A DNA stretch of 64,000 bases from Candidatus Thorarchaeota archaeon (GCA_016933575.1 JAFGAR010000064.1:64001-128000), one strand, 5' to 3'; counted from the stretch's first letter, positions 9,145-18,980 are shown. Numbers and translations are program-made. The notes: generated by a model from the sequence alone, not told the origin.

Positions 9145-11397
9145 ATGCTCTTTGGTCTACCAGAATATCTAATCATCGTCATTCCACTTGCAGGTTCCTT
9201 ATTTGTCCCAATAATTGGGAGGTATAGTACTCGTGCTAGAGACTGGACTCCTGCATTGTTGATGGGCATCTCTATGATTCTATGCTGGTCTCTCATACCT
9301 GACATTGGATCAGTCCCTAAGACCTGGAATTGGATCAACATTCCTGGACTTGTGATTCCCTTTAGTATGCTTCTTGACTCACTGTCCGTCATCATGGGTG
9401 TACTTGCTAGCACGCTCTGTTTTCTCATATACGTGTACAGCACCGAGTACATGGCACACGAGGGAGATAGAGACCGCTTCTTCTTCCTGATGCTTGCCTT
9501 CGGGGGTGGTATGCTTACCCTGGTCCTCTCAAACAACCTCCTGATTGCGTTTATTGGATGGGAGATCATGGGATTTTGTAGTTACGGACTCATTGGTTTC
9601 TGGAATGACAAGCGCAATCCTCCAGAGGTAGACCCAACTGGCTATGAGTCAAGTAATCCGTTGCTGCAGTTCAAGACCGAGGGCGAGTACAATACTCATT
9701 GCGGAACAAAGGCTTTCGTGGTAACAAGAATTGGTGACGCACTGATGCTGGGCGGCATCCTGCTTCTATTTACATTCACAGGGTCATTTCTCTTTCAAGA
9801 CACATCAATTGGAAGTCAGGCTGTTGAAGGTATTGCAGAACATGGCGGCTGGATAACTGCCCTAGCTGGTGTGGGTCTTCTGTTGCCCACGCTTTTGTTA
9901 ATCTTTGCTGGCGCGATTGGAAAGTCAGGTCAATTCCCTCTGCAGGTATGGCTCCCCGAAGCCATGAGTGGTCCGACTGCGGTTTCTGCTTTGATTCATG
10001 CTGCAACCATGGTCAAAGCAGGAGTCTATATCACTGCAAGATTTCTCTTGACAATCGTATCTGCTACAGAGACAAGCGGACACTCTTCATCTGCTATTGG
10101 GATGTTTCCGCTACAGATAGGCTTCCCTGATGCGTTCACCTTCTTTGCCATAGTTGCAATCGTTGGTGCTCTCACCGCATTCATTACTGGTACAATGGGA
10201 ATGGTCTCAAATGAACTGAAGCAGGTGTTGGCATTCTCAACTCTTAGCCAACTAGGCTATATGATGCTTGCAATAGGTACTGCTGGCATGTTGACGCATT
10301 ATGATGTTGCTTATCTGAGTAGCGTCATGCATGTCGTCAGTCATGGTGCATTCAAAGCGTTGCTGTTTCTCTCATCTGGTGGGATTATCCACGCGTTACA
10401 TACCAAGTATATGAGTAAGATGGGCGGGTTGAAGAAGTATATGCCCAAGACCTTTGCGCTTATGTGGATTGGAGTGCTAGCGTTGTCAGGAATTCCTCCA
10501 TTCTCAGGTTTCTGGTCAAAAGACTCAATCATAGAGCATGTATATGCACTTGGTGTTGAAACGCCTCTGGGAATTTTCCTGTTCATTCTTGCTATCGCAG
10601 CTGCGGCTTGTACAATCTTCTATAGCATTCGACTCATGGGAATGGTCTTCTATGGCCCATCAGAGTTTGACGAACATGACCAAGAGGAGGAATCAATCAG
10701 TAGCCATAATGACAAAGAGGAATCCGAAGAATCTCATGACGAACATCGCGGGGTACCCTCTGATCCAGGTCCAGCTATGATGATTCCGCTCTACATTCTA
10801 GCAGCATTCACTATCATTGCCTTCATAATCTATCCAATGATACAGAATATTGTCCTCCAGACTAATAGGGACTTGTTTATCATATTTCTTGAGGATATGG
10901 TAGCTGCGAAATTTGGTCCAGAAGGTTTAGTTCCCTTCACACTCACCATTGGAGCACTTGCTCTTGGTGGGATTCCAGCCTATTGGATTTACATTAAAAA
11001 CCAAGATACTCCAAACTCAATCATTCCAGAGAATGGAATTCTTAGGAAGTTGCACAACTTCTTGAAGCACCGCTGGTATATCAATGAGGGATACTATTGG
11101 TTTGTCAACAAGTTCCTCAGATTTGCTGATCTCTGGCGCAGGGAGATTGATGAGCCTATAATTGATGGCATTGACTTCAAGTCTGCAGCCACAGCCCAGG
11201 TACTTGCGACTAAGATTCGATGGTTTGATGATAATGTTGTGGATGGTTTTGCTGAGGCCGTGTCAACAAAGAGTGTTGAAGCTTCTGAGGTTGGACTTGA
11301 GTCTCAGACAGGAAAGATCAATGACTACGTCGGAGTGGTGATTTTCGGAGTAGGTCTCCTGATCATCATTGGACTTCTATCATTGGGGGTGCTCTAA
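9145..11397 (+). CDS. nuoL: Complex I-like subunit L (NuoL) with elongated lateral helix
   Basis: FIGWEIMGFCSYGLIGFW, KAFVVTRIGD, GKSGQFPLQVWLPEAMSGPTAVSALIHAATMVKAG, GFWSKD, terminal QTG..DY + TM; GAGGTGA SD before ATG 9145. Confidence 0.95.
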   Translation: MLFGLPEYLIIVIPLAGSLFVPIIGRYSTRARDWTPALLMGISMILCWSLIPDIGSVPKTWNWINIPGLVIPFSMLLDSLSVIMGVLASTLCFLIYVYSTEYMAHEGDRDRFFFLMLAFGGGMLTLVLSNNLLIAFIGWEIMGFCSYGLIGFWNDKRNPPEVDPTGYESSNPLLQFKTEGEYNTHCGTKAFVVTRIGDALMLGGILLLFTFTGSFLFQDTSIGSQAVEGIAEHGGWITALAGVGLLLPTLLLIFAGAIGKSGQFPLQVWLPEAMSGPTAVSALIHAATMVKAGVYITARFLLTIVSATETSGHSSSAIGMFPLQIGFPDAFTFFAIVAIVGALTAFITGTMGMVSNELKQVLAFSTLSQLGYMMLAIGTAGMLTHYDVAYLSSVMHVVSHGAFKALLFLSSGGIIHALHTKYMSKMGGLKKYMPKTFALMWIGVLALSGIPPFSGFWSKDSIIEHVYALGVETPLGIFLFILAIAAAACTIFYSIRLMGMVFYGPSEFDEHDQEEESISSHNDKEESEESHDEHRGVPSDPGPAMMIPLYILAAFTIIAFIIYPMIQNIVLQTNRDLFIIFLEDMVAAKFGPEGLVPFTLTIGALALGGIPAYWIYIKNQDTPNSIIPENGILRKLHNFLKHRWYINEGYYWFVNKFLRFADLWRREIDEPIIDGIDFKSAATAQVLATKIRWFDDNVVDGFAEAVSTKSVEASEVGLESQTGKINDYVGVVIFGVGLLIIIGLLSLGVL

Positions 11398-12978
11398 TTG
11401 CAGGTAGACTCTACAACTTTGATAACAAGTATTCCAATGAATATCCTCGTCCTCATACTTGTCATTCCTCTAGTTGGTGCGGTCCTTGCATACATCGCAG
11501 GCAGCAAGGGTGCACGTGCAATCACACTCCTGATTACGACACTCGAACTAGGCTTAGCCCTTCTACTCATTCTAGGTACTCCTTCAGTTGGTCCAGATCC
11601 TGGTGGAATGAGTTACACATGGATCTATACGATTGCGAGACTTGGAACCACTGTTGATTCTCCTGTCTTTCAAATCATTCTTGGTGTTGATGGAATCTCA
11701 GTAGTAATGATCCTCCTCTCCAATCTCGTCGTATGGATTGCAGCAATTGCATCAAATCATATCAAGAACGCAGAAGGTGTATACTACTCCTTATTCCTGC
11801 TCCTGCAGACAGGCCTCCTTGGAGTTTTTGTATCTCTTGATCTCATTGGATTCTTCATCTTTTGGGAACTTGTCCTTGTACCAATGTTTTTCATCATTGG
11901 CAGATGGGGCGAAGATGGAAGCAGACACGCGGCTATCAAGTTCTTCATCTATACTCATCTTGGTTCTGCAGTAATGCTCGTTGGATTCTTCTACATCTAT
12001 TTCATGTCTTATCAGTTCAATATTCTTGGATATCCAACTGCAGTCCCAACATTCAGCATGGTTGCGCTTCGGAACATCGGACTTGACCCAACCATTCAGA
12101 TAGGTTTTGCTCTTGCCATATTCATGGGTGCAGGCGTGAAACTTCCAGTATTTCCATTACATAACTGGTTGCCATGGGCTCACGTAAAGGCACCAACTCC
12201 TGGTTCAGTTATCCTCGCTGGAATTCTTCTGAAGATGGGTGGGTATGCATTCATCAGACTCGGACTTTGGATGGTCCCAGAAGCAATGGCTAGACTTGCC
12301 ATTCCCTTTGCCTTTGTGGCTGTCTTCACATGTATCTACGCTGCATTTACCGCACTTGCTCAGACTGATATGAAGAGCCTTGTAGCTTATACGTCTATCA
12401 ACCACATGTCATGGGTCCTACTTGGCGTTGCTGCGTATGCGGCTGCCTACAATTCTCCAGATGCAGCTATTCGAGCTGCTGCGAACTTGGCTATCCAAGG
12501 TTCTATATTCATGATGTTCTCACACGGCACCATAATCTCTGTCATGTTCATTGTAGCTGGGCAGCTCAAATATAGTGTAGGTACTCGTGAGATTCCCGAA
12601 GTTAAGGGATTGATGACACAGGCTCCTAAACTCTCAGCGATTATGATCATTGCTACCTTGGCAGCTTTCGGTCTTCCTGGATTTAGTGGATTCATAGCAG
12701 AGGCACTGGTCATCTTTGGAGCCATTGTCATTCATCCGTGGACCGCATTCATCGCGTTTGGCATTTTCTTGACAGTAGGCTACATGCTCTGGATGTTAAA
12801 TCGAATTGTCTTTAGTGATATTGACCCCGAAAAAAGCGTGAATGAAGCCGCACGAAGCGATCTCATTGCTCCAATCCTCATGTTAATTCCTGTGATTCTG
12901 CTTGGGATTTGGCCTGATCTGATATTGAATCTCGTTCAACCAGTTGTTGAACTGATGCTGAGCGGAGGTTTACCATAA
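11398..12978 (+). CDS. nuoM: Complex I-like subunit M (NuoM)
   Basis: FFIFWELVLVPMFFIIGRWG, KLPVFPLHNWLPWAHVKAPTPGSVILAGILLKMGGY, PGFSGFIAE. Confidence 0.95.
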   Translation: MQVDSTTLITSIPMNILVLILVIPLVGAVLAYIAGSKGARAITLLITTLELGLALLLILGTPSVGPDPGGMSYTWIYTIARLGTTVDSPVFQIILGVDGISVVMILLSNLVVWIAAIASNHIKNAEGVYYSLFLLLQTGLLGVFVSLDLIGFFIFWELVLVPMFFIIGRWGEDGSRHAAIKFFIYTHLGSAVMLVGFFYIYFMSYQFNILGYPTAVPTFSMVALRNIGLDPTIQIGFALAIFMGAGVKLPVFPLHNWLPWAHVKAPTPGSVILAGILLKMGGYAFIRLGLWMVPEAMARLAIPFAFVAVFTCIYAAFTALAQTDMKSLVAYTSINHMSWVLLGVAAYAAAYNSPDAAIRAAANLAIQGSIFMMFSHGTIISVMFIVAGQLKYSVGTREIPEVKGLMTQAPKLSAIMIIATLAAFGLPGFSGFIAEALVIFGAIVIHPWTAFIAFGIFLTVGYMLWMLNRIVFSDIDPEKSVNEAARSDLIAPILMLIPVILLGIWPDLILNLVQPVVELMLSGGLP

Positions 12979-14483
12979 TGCTGCAATTAGACATCTTGCT
13001 TGACAGCCTAAGGGCTTTATTAGCCCCTCTAAGAGACCTATTGCTCGCAATTGTACCAGCTGAATGGATCATGTCCCTTCCTGCTATTACTCTGGTAGTC
13101 TTTGGATTACTTGCCCTAATGGTCGGACTTCGATATAATCCATTAGTCATAAGCTTCATCGGTGTCATTCTTGCAACATTTGAGATGCTTCTGTTCGATC
13201 CCAGTGCTATGAGTGGCTATTCGTTTGGAACATTATTCATTCGCGATGCTTTCACCGATTTCTTCATCTACATTGTTCTTATCGTTGCTTTCCTAGTCTT
13301 GCTCTCTTCCACTCTTTGGGGGGGTGACAAAGGGACCTACAATTTCCTACTTCTCCTCTCTTTTGCAGGAGCTCTCTGGGTAATTATGGCGACAGATCTT
13401 GTAGCTCTATTTCTTGCCTGGGAACTGATGTCCACGCCAACTTATGTTCTCGTTGCTCTTAGTCCAAGACGGGAATCTGTAGATGGCGCTACAAAATACT
13501 TCGTTATGGGCTTGCTTGCAACAAACCTCATGCTACTTGGCATTGCTCTGACTATTGGTGTTACTGGAACCACTGACCTTCACACCATTGGAGTGTTCAT
13601 TAATAGCCTATGGGCTTCACCAGCTGGTAGTGAACCAGCGGTCTACACAATGCTTCTTGCAATGGTCTTGTTTATTGTTTCATTCGGATTCAAGGTCGGT
13701 ATATTTCCTGGATGGCAATGGGTTCCTGATGCATATGCAAGTGCTGATGGTAGTGTCACTGCTTATCTTGCAGGAGGTTCTAAAAAGACAGGAGTGAGTG
13801 CCCTTCTACGAATCTTGATGGTTGCATTCTTTGTTGCTAGGACTGAGTGGACTCTATTAATAGCTGGTGTAGCAATCCTAACAATGATCATTGGTAATCT
13901 ATTAGCTCTCGCTCAGAAGGATATCATGAGGATGTTAGCGTATTCCAGCATTGCGATGATGGGTTATCTCTTCATTGGTATCGCCGCAGCTAACGAATTG
14001 GGCATGGCTGCAGCTAGTTTTCATGCATTCACTCATGCAATAATGAAGACAGCTGCCTTCATCCTTGTGTGGATGCTATCTTTAAGACTCACGAAGAGAA
14101 TAACCTATGATGACCTCGCGGGATTGAACAAGCGAGCACCCATTGCAGCAGCTATGTTTGCCATACTGATGCTCTCTCTTGCAGGACTTCCTGTAGGTGT
14201 AGGGTTCTGGTCAAAATTAGTACTCTTCCAGAGTGCAATCCTCGCAGACATGTGGTGGTTGGCTTTGATAGGTCTCTTGAACTCAGTCTTCTCCTTGGGC
14301 TATTATTTACGAATACTGAAATATACTTACATGATTGAACCTGTTGATGACTCGAAATTAAATCTACCAAGAGTACCCCTATTTGCAGTAGGCATTTGTG
14401 TAGCTATTGTTCTCTTGCTGTTGGTATTTCCAAACCTTGTCCTTGATTATGCCTTTCAAGCGGCATTGACCTTCTTCCCATAG
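12978..14483 (+). CDS. nuoN: Complex I-like subunit N (NuoN)
   Basis: LAWELMS, ATKYFVMG, FKVGIFPGWQWVPDAY, GNLLALAQKDIMRMLAYSSI, GFWSK. Confidence 0.95.
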   Translation: MLQLDILLDSLRALLAPLRDLLLAIVPAEWIMSLPAITLVVFGLLALMVGLRYNPLVISFIGVILATFEMLLFDPSAMSGYSFGTLFIRDAFTDFFIYIVLIVAFLVLLSSTLWGGDKGTYNFLLLLSFAGALWVIMATDLVALFLAWELMSTPTYVLVALSPRRESVDGATKYFVMGLLATNLMLLGIALTIGVTGTTDLHTIGVFINSLWASPAGSEPAVYTMLLAMVLFIVSFGFKVGIFPGWQWVPDAYASADGSVTAYLAGGSKKTGVSALLRILMVAFFVARTEWTLLIAGVAILTMIIGNLLALAQKDIMRMLAYSSIAMMGYLFIGIAAANELGMAAASFHAFTHAIMKTAAFILVWMLSLRLTKRITYDDLAGLNKRAPIAAAMFAILMLSLAGLPVGVGFWSKLVLFQSAILADMWWLALIGLLNSVFSLGYYLRILKYTYMIEPVDDSKLNLPRVPLFAVGICVAIVLLLLVFPNLVLDYAFQAALTFFP

Positions 14484-14535
14484 AAATAGGTAGCAAGTAA
14501 ATTATCATAGAAGGATGCAACTCAATGCTTTAAAT

Positions 14536-15087
14536 TCAAATCTCTGAATCTCTCTCCCTTTCCTGCAATATAGCCAGTTTGGTACATTCTTCGAATAGCT
14601 TATTGATATTGTGTCCTGTGCGTGCTGATGTTTCAAAATAACGGACACTCAACCATTTCCTGAGCATTTCACCAGCCTCTCGAGGAACAAGTCTGTCAGC
14701 TCTATCAACTTTATTTGCAACTAATGCAATAACAGCTTCTGGGCAGACAGATCGGAAACTGTTGTACCATTCATTCACATTGAGATAGGTATCCGGTCTT
14801 GTAACATCATAAACAATGAATGCCATTGATGATCCAGTCATGTATCTTTGCCGAAGGTCTTTATACGTGGGTTGTCCTGCTAGATCCCACAAGACTACTT
14901 GCGTCTGAAAATGTTCTCCATCAATTTCAATATTTACAATCTTAACTGCTATACTAGTACCAATTGTAGCCTTATACTGCTCACCAAATCTGTTCTCCGT
15001 GTATCGCATTATACAGCTGGTCTTGCCAACTGCTCCATCTCCTAATGCCACCATCTTGAGAACATATTGCGGACCTTCATCAGTCAA
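14536..15087 (-). CDS. Rab/Ras-like small GTPase (eukaryotic signature protein)
   Basis: G1 GDGAVGKT, G2 YKATIG, G3 WDLAGQ, G4 NKVD, G5 ETSAR; no C-terminal Cys prenylation motif. Confidence 0.93.
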   Translation of the reverse strand: MTDEGPQYVLKMVALGDGAVGKTSCIMRYTENRFGEQYKATIGTSIAVKIVNIEIDGEHFQTQVVLWDLAGQPTYKDLRQRYMTGSSMAFIVYDVTRPDTYLNVNEWYNSFRSVCPEAVIALVANKVDRADRLVPREAGEMLRKWLSVRYFETSARTGHNINKLFEECTKLAILQERERDSEI

Positions 15088-15168
15088 GATAGTTACATCC
15101 TATTGCACTGCTCCGTTTAATAATCTGAGATTTAACCATTCTGGCAAAAATCGATACTTTGATTTCAT

Positions 15169-17139
15169 CTAGCACCCATGGGGCAACAATACAATGAATC
15201 TAGAACCCTTTGAATGATCACCCTTTACTCGATTCTCAATACGAATACTCCCACGATAATTGTCAATGATCTGCTTAACAAGGGTAAGCCCCACTCCTGA
15301 GATTCGTCGAATATGGTCACTCATTCCAGTGAACAGTCGCTCTTTGGTATGGTCATCAATTCCATCTCCCCAATCGAGGAATTCCATTTTCAGAAACTCG
15401 CCATCATTGATAACTTCTGTATTGACCTCTATGTACACATCCTTTGATGCTGTAAATTTTACAGCATTATGAAGAAGATTATAGAAGACGTCCTGAAGGA
15501 AGTCGTCAGCCATGATACAATAACTACCTCTCTCGATATTCGTCTTTACAGTGATTGGTCTATTTGGAAAAGACTGTTTAACAGTTTCAATGGCAACAAA
15601 CAACGAGTTTGCTGGGTCTGTCTTCTCAAGAGCAGGAGCAGATTGATTGACTAATGAGAATTTCTTCACATTTGATATCAGAGACACGCTCCGATTCACT
15701 TGCATCAATGCATTTTCAGCCATGATGCGGAGTCTATCTGGTAAGTATTCATCCTCTAATATCAATTCAAGACTTGCCATTATTCCTTGATGCATATTGT
15801 TGAGGTCGTGAGCCATCAGATCTGTTGCCCATTCAGCCCTTGCTAAAGCCTCTTCTCTCTGTTTCTGAGCCTCGATTCTTTCAGTTATATCTAACGAGAA
15901 TCCACCAATAAGCGGTGGTTTGCCATCTCGGAAGATTGGAAATTTATGTGTACGGAATATCTTGATTTTACCATCTCTGTCTCTGACTTCCTGAATTCTA
16001 TCAATTGGTCCCCTTACAAGAACTTTCTGATCCTCTTCAGTTAACATCGCAGCACGATCTTGTCTAAAGAGATCAATATTCTTGAGACCTTCCCAGTCAG
16101 TTCTTGGTGGCATGTTTTTCATATAATGATTTATGAAGACAACTCGGGAGTCATGGTCTTTGATATATACTGGTCCTGGCATATTATCTGCAAAAGCCTT
16201 GAATTGCTCTTGACTATCTTTTAATTGCTCGTCAGTTCTTTTTCGTTCGAGAACAGTCCCGAACATACCAGCAATTGTAGCAAAGACAATTCTATGGTCC
16301 TGTGTTAGAGGTCTCACTTTCCTTGATGCAATATTAATGACTCCAACTAATGAACGATCAGCTCCAATTATTGGCCAAAAAATCAGGGTTTTAATTCCTA
16401 TCGAAATTGCTCGAGACATTCTATCTATGCTCTCAGATGATTTGGTCACATCTTCAACAAAAAGCGGTTCTAGAGTTCGAGCAGTCCTTGCGACAAGATA
16501 CGTCGAATCATCCACGGATACACTATCTGCAATCGATGTGGTATCTAGATTCACTGAGGCTATAAGTTCTAGAGAATTGCTCTCTTCCACGAATAGACGA
16601 ATGGTCCCGACTTCAAAGTCTAGAGTGTCAATAAGTTCTTGAAGGACATCCTTGCAGACCTGGGATAAATTCTCAGTACTTAATGCGGCCTCTGCAATGA
16701 TACTATACGCTTTCCTCTCTTGAGCAATTGTTTTCTTCGACATTTCATCTTTAGTCATATCTGATGCGTAAGCGATAATGTATTTTTTACCAGAAATGTC
16801 CAGAGTATTCGCTGTAATCTCTAATATGACAGTTTCTCCGTCCTTGCTTGTGAAGGAATAACGGTCTTGGTCAACCTGGTGGTGTTTCTCCATTAGATTC
16901 GTGAATCTCTGTAATGCTTCTTCTCTTTGGTCTTCAGCTAGGACACTGGCTAAGTCTGAAACATCTTGACCTATTGCCATATCGTATGGGATTCCAACTT
17001 TATTGCTAAGCCATTTGTTAATGTATTCTATCTTCCTATCTCTTACTATAATGACTCCCTGTGGTGATGCCTCAAAAAACATCTTGAAAATCTCGCACTC
17101 ATCATTACTCTTCAATGCGCGAGTCATTTCATCATACAT
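15169..17139 (-). CDS. Soluble PAS-GAF-PAS sensor histidine kinase
   Basis: H-box MAHDLNN, N-box NLLHNAVKF, DWGDGI, GVGL; PAS (ADNMPGPVYIKD..DITER) and GAF (GVINIAS) segments; no TM. Confidence 0.92.
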   Translation of the reverse strand: MYDEMTRALKSNDECEIFKMFFEASPQGVIIVRDRKIEYINKWLSNKVGIPYDMAIGQDVSDLASVLAEDQREEALQRFTNLMEKHHQVDQDRYSFTSKDGETVILEITANTLDISGKKYIIAYASDMTKDEMSKKTIAQERKAYSIIAEAALSTENLSQVCKDVLQELIDTLDFEVGTIRLFVEESNSLELIASVNLDTTSIADSVSVDDSTYLVARTARTLEPLFVEDVTKSSESIDRMSRAISIGIKTLIFWPIIGADRSLVGVINIASRKVRPLTQDHRIVFATIAGMFGTVLERKRTDEQLKDSQEQFKAFADNMPGPVYIKDHDSRVVFINHYMKNMPPRTDWEGLKNIDLFRQDRAAMLTEEDQKVLVRGPIDRIQEVRDRDGKIKIFRTHKFPIFRDGKPPLIGGFSLDITERIEAQKQREEALARAEWATDLMAHDLNNMHQGIMASLELILEDEYLPDRLRIMAENALMQVNRSVSLISNVKKFSLVNQSAPALEKTDPANSLFVAIETVKQSFPNRPITVKTNIERGSYCIMADDFLQDVFYNLLHNAVKFTASKDVYIEVNTEVINDGEFLKMEFLDWGDGIDDHTKERLFTGMSDHIRRISGVGLTLVKQIIDNYRGSIRIENRVKGDHSKGSRFIVLLPHGC

Positions 17140-17244
17140 GGACTACACCAGCTAATGTTCCTCTAAAATGATTTTGAATGTATTTGCGTTGTAAACCTTT
17201 GTAAATGACAAGGATTATTTTTTACAACTTCCCCTCTCATATAG

Positions 17245-17280
17245 TGTACACTTGTATACATTAATGTCTTTTTATGCACA
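17245..17280 (+). promoter_or_regulatory. Phased TRP-box-like operator (TGTACA-N4-TATACA ... TGCACA) upstream of the trpB2 promoter
   Basis: TGTACA 17245-50, TATACA 17255-60 and TGCACA 17275-80 in 10-bp register, directly before TATA box TTTATAAA (17284-91). Confidence 0.55.
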
Positions 17281-17548
17281 ATCTTTATAAATGAGTCAAA
17301 ACTCGGGGTTTCAACCGTTTCTGAGTGTGGAGACATGATTCGAGTGTGCCTTGGCCAATGGCAAAGGGGCCTTGTCGGGCCCGTTTAGTCATTCCGCCAT
17401 ATATCACATTCAGCACTCCATCTTTGGCTTCTTTTCTATGGAAATCATTGAGATTCCTAGTTCACTCTAGGATACAATCTCTGAAGCACTTGCTACTGAT
17501 TCAGAGGAGATGCTACACAGAGAAACGGTGAGTAGAGGAGTTTGAAAA

Positions 17549-18904
17549 ATGATAAAGACAAGAATCCTACTAGATTGTGAAGAAACACCAACTCACTATG
17601 TCAACATCTTGCCACACTTGGAAACACCCCTTCCACCGCCCTTGGATCCAGGCACTGAGGAACCAATTAGTGCAGACGCCCTGTTGGCTCTCTTTCCGAA
17701 GGAGTGTGTAAAACAAGAAGTGGCAACAGAGAAACGAATTGCTATTCCTGAAGAAGTAAGAGATATCCTGATTCGCTCAGGGCGCCCCACACCTCTTCAG
17801 CGAGCAGTAGGTCTTGAAAGATATCTCAAGACACCCGCTCGTATCTACTTCAAAAGAGAGGATGCTTCACCAACAGGAAGTCATAAGCTCAATACAGCTA
17901 CAGCACAGGCATATTATGCTCAGAAAGAAGGAACTGAGCGACTTGCAACAGAGACTGGAGCTGGACAATGGGGTAGTGCTGTTGCCCTTGCCTGTTCGTA
18001 TTTTGGACTTGAAGCAATGATATACATGGTTCGTATCAGCTACGAGCAGAAACAATATCGTGGTACACTGATGCGTACATATGGGGGAACAGTTGTCCCT
18101 AGTCCGTCAGATAGAACAGCATACGGTCGGAAGGTGAACGCTGATAATCCTGACCATCCAGGTACTTTAGGGATTGCAATTAGCGAGGCTCTAGAAGACA
18201 CGATCAATACAGCAAATACAAAGTACACTCTAGGTTCGGTTCTGAACTTTGTATTGTTACAACAGACTGTAATTGGTCAAGAGGTCAAGGCTCAATTAGC
18301 AGCTGCTGAAGAGACTCCGGATGTATTCATTGGTTGTGTTGGCGGCGGCAGTAATTTCGCGGGAATGACCTATCCATTTCTTGCTGATGACAAGTTTCGA
18401 GAATGTGATTATATTGCTGTTGAACCTACTGCATGTCCATCCTTGACAAAGGGTGAATATCGTTATGATTTCGGTGATACAGCAGGTATGACACCAAAAC
18501 TAAAGATGTATACTCTCGGAGCGGATTTTGTTCCTCCAAAGATACATGCTGGTGGTCTTAGATATCATGGAGTTGCTCCTACTATCAGTGCTCTGGTAGA
18601 GGAGAGTCGCATTAGACCAATAGCATATGACCAGCTGGAAGTACTAAACGCTGGTGTTGTATTTGCTAAGACTGAGGGAGTAATTCCAGCGCCTGAATCT
18701 GCACATGCAATAAAGGCAGCCATTGATATTGCGCTAGAGGCCAAGAAGAAAAAGAAGTCGAAAGTCATCGTATTCAACCTCTCGGGGCATGGTCATTTTG
18801 ATATGGCTGCATATGGAGCTCTTCTTGATGGAACACTCAACGGTGAAGACGTGAGTACAACCACCCAAGTGCAGAGGGAAGCAGTAGCATTCACAGAGAG
18901 ATAG
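17549..18904 (+). CDS. trpB2: Tryptophan synthase beta chain type 2 (TrpB2)
   Basis: [11 protein letters not shown] (PLP Lys), [48 protein letters not shown]. Confidence 0.97.
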   Translation: MIKTRILLDCEETPTHYVNILPHLETPLPPPLDPGTEEPISADALLALFPKECVKQEVATEKRIAIPEEVRDILIRSGRPTPLQRAVGLERYLKTPARIYFKREDASPTGSHKLNTATAQAYYAQKEGTERLATETGAGQWGSAVALACSYFGLEAMIYMVRISYEQKQYRGTLMRTYGGTVVPSPSDRTAYGRKVNADNPDHPGTLGIAISEALEDTINTANTKYTLGSVLNFVLLQQTVIGQEVKAQLAAAEETPDVFIGCVGGGSNFAGMTYPFLADDKFRECDYIAVEPTACPSLTKGEYRYDFGDTAGMTPKLKMYTLGADFVPPKIHAGGLRYHGVAPTISALVEESRIRPIAYDQLEVLNAGVVFAKTEGVIPAPESAHAIKAAIDIALEAKKKKKSKVIVFNLSGHGHFDMAAYGALLDGTLNGEDVSTTTQVQREAVAFTER

Positions 18905-18912
18905 ATCATTAC

Positions 18913-18945
18913 GCCGTTGGTTTTGCCAGCGGCTCTTTTTTTTTT
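18913..18945 (+). terminator. Hairpin + U-tract terminator after trpB2
   Basis: GCCGTTGG-TTTTG-CCAGCGGC followed by TC and T10. Confidence 0.8.
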
Positions 18946-18980
18946 GAACTGAACAGCCTGATGATCCAACTGTATGTTAT

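Noticed and set aside
7635-14483. Stand-alone Mrp Na+/H+ antiporter operon
   Set aside because: No MrpB/E/F/G-like genes; the subunits are embedded in a nuoAJKCDHI operon
17325-17531. 68-aa ORF upstream of trpB2 as a protein-coding gene
   Set aside because: No SD or recognisable motif; better explained as leader sequence
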